A stretch of DNA of 64,000 nt from an uncultured Gammaproteobacteria bacterium (GTDB lineage: Bacteria; Patescibacteriota; Patescibacteriia; Magasanikbacterales; GWA2-37-8). Positions 47,520-57,485 of this stretch are shown one piece after another (the stretch's first letter is position 1; every line of letters starts with the position of its first letter). The stretch covers positions 368,523-432,522 of the forward strand of contig CAYHBZ010000001.1 of the NCBI GenBank assembly GCA_964355175.1, given 5' to 3'. The notes under the pieces are model-generated. The model did no database searches. It was not told the DNA's origin and saw only the letters and a list, made by a program, of their open reading frames with translations. Made by a program: the position numbers and the translations under genes.

Positions 47520-48923
47520 ATGAAGAACAAAATAAAGTCCTCCGCTCTTTTAGTATCCTTATTAATTATTTCGCTCTTTATAGCCGGCGGAAACGCAACT
47601 CCAGCTTCCGCCAAACAAACAAAAAAACATAAAAAATACCGACATAGTTGGTCGGCTACAAAAGGCCATAAAAAAACAAAGGTGGAGGGGAAAAAGGTAA
47701 TAAAAATTCCTGAGGTTAAACCAAACCCAGTCACCGCCACCAGCACTGCCACACCCACCACAACTACTCCGGCTGTGAGCACACCTACTTCTTCCGCTTT
47801 AGAAATAATTAAACAATTTGAAACAACCACTCCTGTCACCGTAGTTAAAGCTTCCACACCTGAAACCAAGGTAAACCTTGAAAGTTCGGATTTATTCCCT
47901 CCGCTACCAGATGTTTCTAATTTCCTTTCCAAACCGGTCGCTTCCAGTGTAGCACCTGCTATAGTGACAGTCGCTGCTCCAACTACACCAGTGACTCCAA
48001 CACAGACACCTACACCCATAGCACCACCGACAACTGCCGCGCCTACCTTAAAAAATATTCAAGCAATGTGGGTGTGGGGTGAATCTTATGGAATTGCCAC
48101 TGACGCCAAAAAACAAGCTGACTTCTTTACTTTCGTCAAAGCGCCGCATGGAAATTCAGCGACTGCTATTAATCGCATCTACTTAAATGGTGACAGTTTT
48201 GATTACAACAGCACTTCCAACAAAACCGCTCTACGCGCCTTTTTGAAAAAGGCTCACCAAAATGGTGTGGCTGTAGAATATCTTACTGGTGACTCCAAGT
48301 GGGCAATACCTGGAAATGAAAGCTCGGCACTAGCCAGAGCTGACAAAATGATTGCCTTCAACAAAGAAACTTCTGATACACAAGAGAGATATGACGGTTT
48401 ACATTTAGATATCGAACCTTATCTACTTCCAGATTGGTCGTCCAACTCATCGGCTGGTACAGACAAATACAATGACGCTATCCAAACCAACTATTTAAAT
48501 ATTTTAGCAACCGCTAAAAGTAAATTAAAAAATAGCGATTCTCGTTTGACTCTGAGTGCTGATATTCCAACTTGGTTTTCAAAAGTTACCGACATTTGGC
48601 CTACCATCACCTCTGATTCCTCACCGCTTGATTACATCACCTTCATGAATTACTTCGACAAAGAGTCCACTTTCTTGTACGGTTATGACGGCGCCAATAA
48701 AGTGGGTGGTATTGGTCCAAACTTAACCAACGGCGGAAAAATACCAATGGTCTTTGGCGCTGAAACTATTCATCTTGATCCAACCTCGATTACCTTTTAT
48801 GAGGAAGGGTTCAACTCTTTGGCAAATGTTTTTTCTAAAGCCAAAGAAGTGTACGGCACCAACTCTCATTTTGCCGGAACCGCGATTCATCATTATAGAA
48901 CTTTAGTGGAATTAAAAGATTAA
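47520..48923 (+). CDS. secreted protein with a Thr/Pro-rich linker and a C-terminal putative glycoside-hydrolase-like domain (hypothetical)
   Basis: Signal peptide, long T/P/A-rich tract, then a ~300-aa domain (…AMWVWGE…LHLDIEPY…). The family call is weak. Confidence 0.45.
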   Translation: MKNKIKSSALLVSLLIISLFIAGGNATPASAKQTKKHKKYRHSWSATKGHKKTKVEGKKVIKIPEVKPNPVTATSTATPTTTTPAVSTPTSSALEIIKQFETTTPVTVVKASTPETKVNLESSDLFPPLPDVSNFLSKPVASSVAPAIVTVAAPTTPVTPTQTPTPIAPPTTAAPTLKNIQAMWVWGESYGIATDAKKQADFFTFVKAPHGNSATAINRIYLNGDSFDYNSTSNKTALRAFLKKAHQNGVAVEYLTGDSKWAIPGNESSALARADKMIAFNKETSDTQERYDGLHLDIEPYLLPDWSSNSSAGTDKYNDAIQTNYLNILATAKSKLKNSDSRLTLSADIPTWFSKVTDIWPTITSDSSPLDYITFMNYFDKESTFLYGYDGANKVGGIGPNLTNGGKIPMVFGAETIHLDPTSITFYEEGFNSLANVFSKAKEVYGTNSHFAGTAIHHYRTLVELKD

Positions 48924-48935
48924 GATTGTTTAAAT

Positions 48936-48967
48936 TAAAAAAGTCGGCTTGAGAGCCGACTTTTTTA
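48936..48967. terminator. bidirectional terminator between convergent genes
   Basis: Stem gtcggct/agccgac, flanked by A6 and T6 runs. Confidence 0.55.
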
Positions 48968-48972
48968 ATTGA

Positions 48973-50076
48973 TTATTCTTGACAATCATCTTGTTGACTT
49001 ATTTGCACACTATCACCAACTGCACCATCATAAAATTTACCATCAACATTCACTCCAACGATATTTTTACTTTTTTGCATAAAAGCAAAATGGTCGCCGG
49101 TTAAACTAAAGCTATGAGCACCAAAAGCGCCACTTGTATAAATATTCTTGAACACCTTATTATTATAAACAAAGGATTGTGATGTTTGAGCTGATCTTAG
49201 AAATGCGACATTTTTACCTTCTATACGCGGACGATAACCTTTTCCAATATTCTTACCTTTGAAAACAACCGACGGAGAATAAATTAGGCCTTTATCATAA
49301 GACAGCATACCCTTTTTTAATTCCAAATTACCCCAAGCACCAATATTAGTTACTTTTTTACCATTAAAATATAAATTATAATTTTCTTTTACCAAGGCAA
49401 TGTTTTTACCATCATAATCTCCATGATAACCAACGCCTAAATCTTTATCATTGGCAAATATATGATATTGACCTTTGATGAGTTTTTTGAATATTACATA
49501 GTTTCCATTTAATCTGAAGTCTGTATCGCCAGTAGCAATCTCACCAAAATCTTGATTATCAAAAATCACATGAAATATTGGCGTACCCTTATACCCGGCC
49601 GCGGCTTTAGCCGCACTAATTTCGCTTAGTCCCACCATTCTTAAATAAACAACATGCTCTTGATTAATCTTTAATTTAAAATCGGCATTAGATACCATTT
49701 GAAAATCAATAGATTGCGGATTATATTGTGCCCAATCAATTACCGAACCGAAACTTTTGCCGTCCACCAACACTTCACCCTTTCCACCATTAAGAGGACT
49801 TTTCCAAGCGATATATCCCATTCTATCACCAGCTATTTGTGCCTGACTAATAGATATATAGTCGTTTGGAATATCCACTACTTCACCATTATAATAAAAC
49901 TCTTGAACTCCTTGGACATTACCGGTGTCAACCAAAATATTAAGACATTTATCAGTGGAGAGATCGTTCAAAGCACTATAATCAGATGCGGCACTCGCCA
50001 AATTAGGCAGAGATAATGTCAAAGAAAATATTGCTAAAACGACTAGACTAGACTCATATTTTTTAATAAAAAACAT
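48973..50076 (-). CDS. secreted hypothetical protein with repetitive G/K/Y-rich beta-strand-like repeats
   Basis: Signal peptide. Repeated GK..Y/GKN motifs. 367 aa. Confidence 0.45.
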   Translation of the reverse strand: MFFIKKYESSLVVLAIFSLTLSLPNLASAASDYSALNDLSTDKCLNILVDTGNVQGVQEFYYNGEVVDIPNDYISISQAQIAGDRMGYIAWKSPLNGGKGEVLVDGKSFGSVIDWAQYNPQSIDFQMVSNADFKLKINQEHVVYLRMVGLSEISAAKAAAGYKGTPIFHVIFDNQDFGEIATGDTDFRLNGNYVIFKKLIKGQYHIFANDKDLGVGYHGDYDGKNIALVKENYNLYFNGKKVTNIGAWGNLELKKGMLSYDKGLIYSPSVVFKGKNIGKGYRPRIEGKNVAFLRSAQTSQSFVYNNKVFKNIYTSGAFGAHSFSLTGDHFAFMQKSKNIVGVNVDGKFYDGAVGDSVQISQQDDCQE

Positions 50077-50144
50077 AAAAATATTTATAAATTAATAACA
50101 CTATTATAACAACCCTATAGTTGAGTGTCAAAATTTCCGATATA

Positions 50145-51266
50145 TTATCCGACCCATCTTAAATTTACAAACTGAGATACACTAAAAATTAGCAAAGAAA
50201 AACTAAAAACCAAATATAAATAATAAACAAACTTTTTTTGCATTGCCACTACTATAAATACAGGTAACAACATCAAAGCAAAACGCTGCACGCTGGTAAA
50301 AGTATTACTAAAAAAAGATGGAACAAAATTTAACAGTACAAAAAAAACATAGGCCGGATTTAGACGATATACTTTAGGCAAAGAGACCCCGACAAATACC
50401 ATAGTCAGAATTTCAAAAAAATAACGCCACTGATTTTCACCACCAATAATTATATATTTTATATAAGAAAATACCAGCCTAAACGGCGAGACTCCCAAAC
50501 TACGTCCATACTCGACCTGTGCCCGAAACCAGGCAAATGGATCCCCTACTTGATACCAAAGATAAAATGAAAAAAATATCAGGCCTAGAGGCGGTAAAAC
50601 CAAAAGACCAAAAAAATCTGCCCATTTACGAATTCCACTTTTTTTGGTCTGCACATACCATAGCCAAAGCAGTAATGGAAACAAAAATATCCCAGGCGGG
50701 CGGGCAACACTGGCCAAAGCGGCCACTACAGCCGCCCATATCCATTTTTCTTTATGAGCCAATAAAAACACCAGGGCTACTAGAATCAAAAGAGTAGATT
50801 CACTATACACGCTGATCAAGAAAAAAGAGGTTGGAAACACCGCTAATGCTAAAAGTGCGCGCCAAGCAATATTTTTATTAAATGCAACCAGCACCCAATA
50901 ATAAAAAATAATAAAACTGCCGAGCGCCAAAAAATTGGATATAATTTGTGCGCATACAGCGCTCTGCCAAGTAGTCAAAGAAAGCAATCCACGCCATAAC
51001 AAAGGAAACAAAGGGAAAAAAGTAACATTTGATTGCGTTCCTTTGTGCCAGCTATAGCCATGATGCACGATACTGGCATACCAATTGCTATCCCACCGCC
51101 ACCAAATGGTCTCATTCTGTGACCACATCAGAGCGGCAGATGGCGATGATTGCCCGATAATTTCCACAATTAGTCGCCAGACTAAAAATATAAAAATCGG
51201 AGTCAACCACCAATATTTTTTAAATAAATTACTAAGATAATTTTTGAGATTGGAATATTTTAGCAT
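50145..51266 (-). CDS. polytopic membrane protein, GT-C-fold glycosyltransferase-like (DUF2029-like)
   Basis: 373 aa, ~10 TM helices, aromatic-rich loops. Confidence 0.4.
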   Translation of the reverse strand: MLKYSNLKNYLSNLFKKYWWLTPIFIFLVWRLIVEIIGQSSPSAALMWSQNETIWWRWDSNWYASIVHHGYSWHKGTQSNVTFFPLFPLLWRGLLSLTTWQSAVCAQIISNFLALGSFIIFYYWVLVAFNKNIAWRALLALAVFPTSFFLISVYSESTLLILVALVFLLAHKEKWIWAAVVAALASVARPPGIFLFPLLLWLWYVQTKKSGIRKWADFFGLLVLPPLGLIFFSFYLWYQVGDPFAWFRAQVEYGRSLGVSPFRLVFSYIKYIIIGGENQWRYFFEILTMVFVGVSLPKVYRLNPAYVFFVLLNFVPSFFSNTFTSVQRFALMLLPVFIVVAMQKKFVYYLYLVFSFSLLIFSVSQFVNLRWVG

Positions 51267-51366
51267 AGAGGATATTATATCACCTATAAATAAAATGACA
51301 CAAATCCAAAAAAATGGTAAAATAATAACTACTATTCTCGTGAAAATGAGAATCTAATAGAATATT

Positions 51367-53466
51367 ATGAAACTAGACGCAATTTTTTATCCCAAATCTA
51401 TCGCCATCATCGGCGCCTCCACCGAAGTCGGTCATGTCGGCAATGATATTGTGAAAAATTTAGTGAAGCAAGGTTATAAAGGAAAAATTTATCCGGTAAA
51501 TCCAAAAACGACTGAACTTTACAATCTCAAATGCTACCCAAATATTTCCGCGATCAAATCGGGTGTGGATCTAGCTGTAATAGTAGTGCCTTCCGGCATT
51601 GTGCCAGCGGTATTGCAAGAAGCGGCAAAGAAAAAAATTAAAGGAGCAATTGTTATTTCCGCCGGCTTTAAAGAAGTCGGCAATTTTGATCTGGAAAAAC
51701 AAGTAAAAGAAATTTGTCAAAAAAATAATATCGCGCTAGTGGGGCCAAACTGTCTGGGTGTAATTAATCCGGAAAATAAAATGAACGCCTCGTTTGCCAA
51801 TATTATGCCGCCCGCTGGCAATATCGCTTTTATCTCCCAAAGTGGCGCGCTTTGCACCGCCATTTTGGATTATGCCCAAAAATTAGATATTGGATTTTCT
51901 AAGTTTGTCAGTGTGGGCAACAAAGCCCTGATGTCCGAAGCCGATCTATTTGATTACCTGGCCAAAGATAAAAAAACCAAAGTAGTAGCAATGTATGCCG
52001 AACAACTTACCAACGCTCCCGCTCTTATCGCCGCCGCTAAAAAATTGACCCACGGCAAAAATCCAAAACCGGTAATTGCGATAAAATCCGGCCGCACCTC
52101 TGCTGGCGCCTCGGCCTCAGCTTCACACACTGGTGCTCTAGCCGGCAATGACGCGGCCTACGAAGCTTTATTTGCCCAGAGCGGCATCATTCGTGTGGAA
52201 ACCATCCAAGAGCTTTTCGATTACCTCCGCGTCTTCACCCACAATGAATTACCAAAAGGCGACCGTGTAGCCATAGTCACCAATGCCGGCGGCCCAGGCG
52301 TGCTCACTACCGATACTGTGGTTCTGACCGGTCTCAAATTAGCGCCAATTTCCGAAGCTACCAAAGCCCAATTAAAAAAACATTTACCACCTTTTGCTAA
52401 TTTCAAAAATCCAATTGATGTGCTTGGCGATGCCCGCGCGGATAGATATGAAGCGGCCATAAATATTTTGGAGAAGGATAAAAATGTCGACAGTATTATC
52501 GTAATTCTCACCCCCCAATCCGTCACCGAATTTAGTAAAACCGCCCAAGCGATAGTACACGCCAAAAAGAAAAGCAAAAAACCAATTGTGGCCAGCTTTA
52601 TGGGCGGACATCTCGTAAATTTAGGAATTAAAATTTTGCGCAGTCACGGCGTGTCCACTTTTAATTTCCCCGAAAGTGCCGCTATGGCGCTAGGCGCTTT
52701 GACAGATTTTAAATTTATTGAAAAAGAAAAAAATAATTCTCATTTTAAATTTAAAAATACTAATAAAAATATAATTGGGAAAATTTTTGACGAAGCCAAA
52801 GCGCGCAAACAAGTATTTTTCCCGGAAGTTGATTCTCTGCCAATTCTACATCACTACGGCTTCCCTACTTTACCGTCCTACACCGCTTCCAGCGCTGAGG
52901 AAGCGCATGAAATAGCGAAAAGAATTGGCAAAAAAGTAGCAATGAAAATCGTATCACCAGATATTTTACACAAAACTGATTCTGGCGGTGTGATGCTGGG
53001 CGTCACTCCGGAAAATGCGGCCAGCAGTTTTAGAGAAATGATGAAAAAAGTAAAAAAGAATGTACCGACCGCAAAAATTGAAGGCGTGCTAATCAATGAA
53101 ATGATCAAAGAAAAAGGGGTAGAAATGATTCTAGGTGCCGTAAAAGACGCGGGCCTGGGACACACTATCATGGTTGGTCTAGGCGGTGTGTATGTAGAAG
53201 TGTTCAAAGATGTGGCGTTTGGCCTGGCCCCATTGACCAAAGGTGATGCCCAGAAAATGCTTTCTAAATTAAAATCCAAAAATATTTTGGACGGCGCGCG
53301 CGGACAAACGGTGCTCGACAGTGAGGCGCTAATTGATTGTATCGGCCGACTTTCACAATTACTAATGGATTTTCCAAATATTAAAGAATTGGATATCAAT
53401 CCCCTGTTGGTTTTACCAAAAGGAAAAGGGGTGCGCGTGTTGGACGCCAGAATTGTTGTTGAATAA
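51367..53466 (+). CDS. ADP-forming acetyl-CoA synthetase (acetate--CoA ligase, fused alpha/beta)
   Basis: MKLDAIFYPKSIAIIGAS CoA-binding N-terminus, succinyl-CoA-synthetase-like ligase domain, and C-terminal ATP-grasp. 699 aa. Confidence 0.85.
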   Translation: MKLDAIFYPKSIAIIGASTEVGHVGNDIVKNLVKQGYKGKIYPVNPKTTELYNLKCYPNISAIKSGVDLAVIVVPSGIVPAVLQEAAKKKIKGAIVISAGFKEVGNFDLEKQVKEICQKNNIALVGPNCLGVINPENKMNASFANIMPPAGNIAFISQSGALCTAILDYAQKLDIGFSKFVSVGNKALMSEADLFDYLAKDKKTKVVAMYAEQLTNAPALIAAAKKLTHGKNPKPVIAIKSGRTSAGASASASHTGALAGNDAAYEALFAQSGIIRVETIQELFDYLRVFTHNELPKGDRVAIVTNAGGPGVLTTDTVVLTGLKLAPISEATKAQLKKHLPPFANFKNPIDVLGDARADRYEAAINILEKDKNVDSIIVILTPQSVTEFSKTAQAIVHAKKKSKKPIVASFMGGHLVNLGIKILRSHGVSTFNFPESAAMALGALTDFKFIEKEKNNSHFKFKNTNKNIIGKIFDEAKARKQVFFPEVDSLPILHHYGFPTLPSYTASSAEEAHEIAKRIGKKVAMKIVSPDILHKTDSGGVMLGVTPENAASSFREMMKKVKKNVPTAKIEGVLINEMIKEKGVEMILGAVKDAGLGHTIMVGLGGVYVEVFKDVAFGLAPLTKGDAQKMLSKLKSKNILDGARGQTVLDSEALIDCIGRLSQLLMDFPNIKELDINPLLVLPKGKGVRVLDARIVVE

Positions 53467-53481
53467 TTTTTGTATTCATAA

Positions 53482-53511
53482 GAAAAAATCCGCTTTACGC
53501 GGATTTTTTAT
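53482..53511. terminator. bidirectional terminator between convergent acd and mutase genes
   Basis: Stem atccgc/gcggat, flanked by A6 and T6 runs. Confidence 0.55.
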
Positions 53512-53522
53512 TTATAAAAATT

Positions 53523-54887
53523 TTATCCAAGAATAATTTTTTTGACTTCCTCCAGCCTCTGCTCCATTTCCTCTTTTGTATTCGCCTCCAAATTTAGACG
53601 CAACACCGGTTCGGTATTACTGACACGCACATTAAACCACCAAGTCGGATACTCCACATAAAAACCATCCATTTCTACTACTTTCCCATCGCTATATTTT
53701 TCTCTGAGCTTAGCAATAATTTCTGCTTTTTTGTCCGTATGAAAATTTATCTCACCGGAATGAAAATATTTATTCTGCAAAGGCATTATAAGATCGGTGA
53801 TTGTTTTGCCTGTACGCGAAACTAAACTTAAAAGATACAACAACGATAGATCTGACGATTCTACTCCATACATATTTTCAAAATAAAGATGTAAAGATAG
53901 CTCGCTACCAAACTTCACCTTTTCTTCTTTCATCTTCTTTTTTATAAGTGCATGACCAATTGGACACATGCCAGTTTTGGCACCAGCCGCTTCCCAGACA
54001 TCGCGTATAATTTTACTGCTACGCAAATCATAAAGCATGTGCGCTCCAGGATTATTTTTTATTACTTCGAGTCCAACCAATGCCCCTACAAACGAAGCCT
54101 CTACCACTTCACCTTTTTCATCTACCAATCCGATACGATCCGCATCGCCATCCAGCGCAAACCCAAAATCCGCGCCGGTTTCTTTTACCTTTGCCTGTAA
54201 ATCCTTTAGAGTTTCTGCTTTGAGAGGATTGGCTTCGTGATTTGGGAAAGTACCATCTGGTTCCAAATACATATATTCTACTTCTACTGGCAAACGCTTC
54301 AACATCTCCACAAAACTCACCTTACCCATACCATTGCCAGCATCCAATACAATTTTAAGCGGCTTAATTTCTTCAGGCTTTACCAAGGAAAATATTTTAG
54401 CAATATAATCCTCCAACACATTCATATTTTTTAGCTCACCCTTTGCGCCGACAGAAGCAAACTCCGCTTTTTCCGCCAAATCTCGAATTTGTTCCATGCC
54501 ATTTCCCCTGCCCACCGGCGTGCCATCTCCCAAAGTCATTTTAAAACCATTATACTCCGCTGGATTATGAGAAGCAGTGACCATGATACCAGCCAAATGA
54601 TCACTGTAATGAGCGCAGGCAAAATTAAAAAGTGGCGTGGTCACCAAGCCAACATCCATCACATTAAAACCCTCATCCCGCAAAGCAGTTCTGACTTGCT
54701 CTGAATACCCCACACTGCTGGGACGCATATCATAGCCGACCACCACCAATTTTTTATTATCAAAAAGTCCGCGCTCGCGCAAAAATACGCCATACGCGCG
54801 ACCAATTTTATAAGCCAAATCATCACTCAACTCCCCCGCTACCAAACCCCTAATATCATAGGCTTTAAATATCTGTTTTGGGAACAT
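53523..54887 (-). CDS. phosphoglucomutase/phosphomannomutase family protein
   Basis: Active-site TASHNP motif (GIMVTASHNPAEYNGFK), metal-binding DGDADR, and sugar-binding GEES-like region. Confidence 0.88.
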   Translation of the reverse strand: MFPKQIFKAYDIRGLVAGELSDDLAYKIGRAYGVFLRERGLFDNKKLVVVGYDMRPSSVGYSEQVRTALRDEGFNVMDVGLVTTPLFNFACAHYSDHLAGIMVTASHNPAEYNGFKMTLGDGTPVGRGNGMEQIRDLAEKAEFASVGAKGELKNMNVLEDYIAKIFSLVKPEEIKPLKIVLDAGNGMGKVSFVEMLKRLPVEVEYMYLEPDGTFPNHEANPLKAETLKDLQAKVKETGADFGFALDGDADRIGLVDEKGEVVEASFVGALVGLEVIKNNPGAHMLYDLRSSKIIRDVWEAAGAKTGMCPIGHALIKKKMKEEKVKFGSELSLHLYFENMYGVESSDLSLLYLLSLVSRTGKTITDLIMPLQNKYFHSGEINFHTDKKAEIIAKLREKYSDGKVVEMDGFYVEYPTWWFNVRVSNTEPVLRLNLEANTKEEMEQRLEEVKKIILG

Positions 54888-54957
54888 ATTTTTGTCTATT
54901 TTTAGCTTGTTAAAAAAGTGGTTTCATTATATAATATCCTTATACTAAAAGCAATCT

Positions 54958-57480
54958 ATGTCCATATTAGACAGGTTTTCCAGTCATCTCAAAGAGGTGC
55001 TGAGTAAAAGCATCCAACTGGCTACCAAGCTAGGCAATGCCGAGGTTTTACCCTTGCATATATTTTTTATTTTACAAAATCAAAAAGGGTCAGTAGCGGC
55101 CGAAATTCTCAATCGTCTAAAAATTGATTTGAAAAGCGTAGAAAACGCTATTTTGGAATTACCAATAGAAAATATTAAAAAAATTGGCCACACCCACCAA
55201 GCCACTATGGCTTCTATGTCCTCTGAATGCAAACGCGCCACTGAACGCGCGATGATAGTGGCTCAGGAAAATCTCCATAATTATATCGGCACCGAACATC
55301 TCCTCAAGGGATTGATTGAACTGCACGACCTGGAAATAGAAACGGTTTTAAAAGAAAATAAAATCAGTGCCACTGAGATTTCTAAACAGCTATCGACGGT
55401 TTTGACCAACGCTTCTCAGTTTCCACAAATCACCGAAGTTGTGGATGCTATCGAAAAACTCCAGGATAATATTTCAAACGGCGGCGACATGAATGAACTT
55501 CCGTCGACTCAGCCCGGCCATACCCATAAACATAAAGCCAAAGGAAAAAAAGATAGTGCTCTGGATTTTTTTGCTACCAATTTGACCGATGAAACTCTGC
55601 AAAAAGATATCGACCCTATTATCGGTCGTGAAGCGGAGATCGAAAGACTGATCCAGATCCTCTGTCGCCGCACCAAAAATAATCCGGTATTGCTCGGCGA
55701 TCCGGGGGTTGGCAAAACCGCGATCGTAGAAGGTCTAGCCAAACGTATTTTACACAATGAGGTTCCAGATATTTTATTGAACAAAAAAATCTTCTCACTC
55801 GACATGGGATTAATGATTGCCGGCACAATCTATCGCGGCGAATTTGAGGGTCGTTTGCGCCAAGTGATAGATGAAGTGGCCTCTAATCCAAATATTATTT
55901 TGTTTATTGACGAGCTCCATAATATCGTGGGCGCCGGCTCTAATCAGGGCACCATGGACGCCGCCAATATTCTCAAGCCTGCTCTGGCTCGCGGTCAAAT
56001 TCGCTGTATTGGTTCTACCACTCTTTCTGAATTTAAAAAACATATTGAAAACGATTCCGCTCTCGAACGCCGCTTCCAGCCGATAATGGTGAAAGAGCCG
56101 ACCCTAGAAGATGCTGTAAAAATCCTGGAGGGCATCAAACTAAATTACGAAAATTTTCATAACATCAAAATCAATAGTAGCGCGACAGAAGCGGCCGTGA
56201 GATTATCCGATCGCTATATTCATAATAAATTTTTACCGGATAAAGCTATTGATTTACTGGATGAAACCGCGGCGGCGGCTCGCATCGGCGGTAAAGGCTC
56301 GATCTGGACTGGCAAAATCGAACGCCTCAAACAAAAATTAGAAAAAGCCACTCTAGCCAAAGAAAACGCCGCGCTCAAAGATAAATTCAACGAAGCGGTA
56401 AAACTAAAAAATCAAGAAGAGAAATTACGCGCAGAAATAGAACAAGCTCTCAAAGACAGTAAGGAGAAAAAACAAAAATACTTTGGTGAGATCAGCGAAG
56501 CTGAAGTACTAGCACAAGTAGCCAAGATAATCGGCGCCAAACCAAGTGAATTGATGCTTGAAGAAAAAAATGAATTAATGAGTTTGGAAACCAAGCTCAA
56601 ACAAAATATTGTCGGCCAAGATCAAATCGTCTCCGAAGTGACCGCCGTGATAAATCGCGCCCGCTTAGGTCTAAGCCATCCAGACAGACCACTCGCCTCT
56701 TTTCTATTTGTAGGCGAAAGCGGTGTGGGCAAAACCGAGCTGGCCAAATCTATCGCCAAAACTTTGTATTCCAGCAAGGATGCTTTTGTAAAATTGGACA
56801 TGAGCGAATTTAATGAAAGTTTCGGCGTTTCCAAACTGCTCGGCTCACCGGCCGGTTATATTGGCTATAAAGAAAATAATAACTTCACCGATAGAATAAA
56901 AAATAATCCTCACTGTGTGGTGCTCTTTGATGAAATTGATAAAGCCCACAAAGATGTCACCAAAATATTACTCCAGATGCTGGAAAACGGTGAAGTGACC
57001 GACTCCACTGGCAAAAAAATCTCCCTCAAACATTCTATAATTATTCTCACTACCACCATGGGCGCCGACGCGGCCAAACGCGCGGTCTTCGGTTTTGGAT
57101 CCGCCGACACACAAGACAGCGCGCGTGATCAAAAAATTGTGGAAAAACTAAAAGAATATTTTTCACCGGAAATTATCAATCGCCTGGATAAAATTTGTTT
57201 ATTCAACAATCTCTCCAAAGAAGATCTATCCAAAATCGCCGCTTTGGAAATCGAAAGCCTAAATGAGCGTCTAAGCCAATATCATACTCAAATAAAATAC
57301 AAAGAATCCGCTCTACAAGAATATTTATCTTCCCTATCAAAAGATAGCCAGAATGCCCGCACTGTCCGTCGCCAACTCCGCACCCAGATTGAAAAATTAA
57401 TTGCCGAAATGATTATTGAAAAGAAAAGCAAAAAACAATATCAATTGGAAGTTAATGGACAACAATTGACTGTGAAATAA
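54958..57480 (+). CDS. clpC: AAA+ Clp/Hsp100 ATPase, ClpC-like (two AAA modules, Clp_N repeats, short M-domain)
   Basis: Two Walker A sites (GDPGVGKT; GESGVGKT), Clp_N repeats at the N-terminus, and a short middle domain. Confidence 0.88.
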   Translation: MSILDRFSSHLKEVLSKSIQLATKLGNAEVLPLHIFFILQNQKGSVAAEILNRLKIDLKSVENAILELPIENIKKIGHTHQATMASMSSECKRATERAMIVAQENLHNYIGTEHLLKGLIELHDLEIETVLKENKISATEISKQLSTVLTNASQFPQITEVVDAIEKLQDNISNGGDMNELPSTQPGHTHKHKAKGKKDSALDFFATNLTDETLQKDIDPIIGREAEIERLIQILCRRTKNNPVLLGDPGVGKTAIVEGLAKRILHNEVPDILLNKKIFSLDMGLMIAGTIYRGEFEGRLRQVIDEVASNPNIILFIDELHNIVGAGSNQGTMDAANILKPALARGQIRCIGSTTLSEFKKHIENDSALERRFQPIMVKEPTLEDAVKILEGIKLNYENFHNIKINSSATEAAVRLSDRYIHNKFLPDKAIDLLDETAAAARIGGKGSIWTGKIERLKQKLEKATLAKENAALKDKFNEAVKLKNQEEKLRAEIEQALKDSKEKKQKYFGEISEAEVLAQVAKIIGAKPSELMLEEKNELMSLETKLKQNIVGQDQIVSEVTAVINRARLGLSHPDRPLASFLFVGESGVGKTELAKSIAKTLYSSKDAFVKLDMSEFNESFGVSKLLGSPAGYIGYKENNNFTDRIKNNPHCVVLFDEIDKAHKDVTKILLQMLENGEVTDSTGKKISLKHSIIILTTTMGADAAKRAVFGFGSADTQDSARDQKIVEKLKEYFSPEIINRLDKICLFNNLSKEDLSKIAALEIESLNERLSQYHTQIKYKESALQEYLSSLSKDSQNARTVRRQLRTQIEKLIAEMIIEKKSKKQYQLEVNGQQLTVK

Positions 57481-57485
57481 TAATT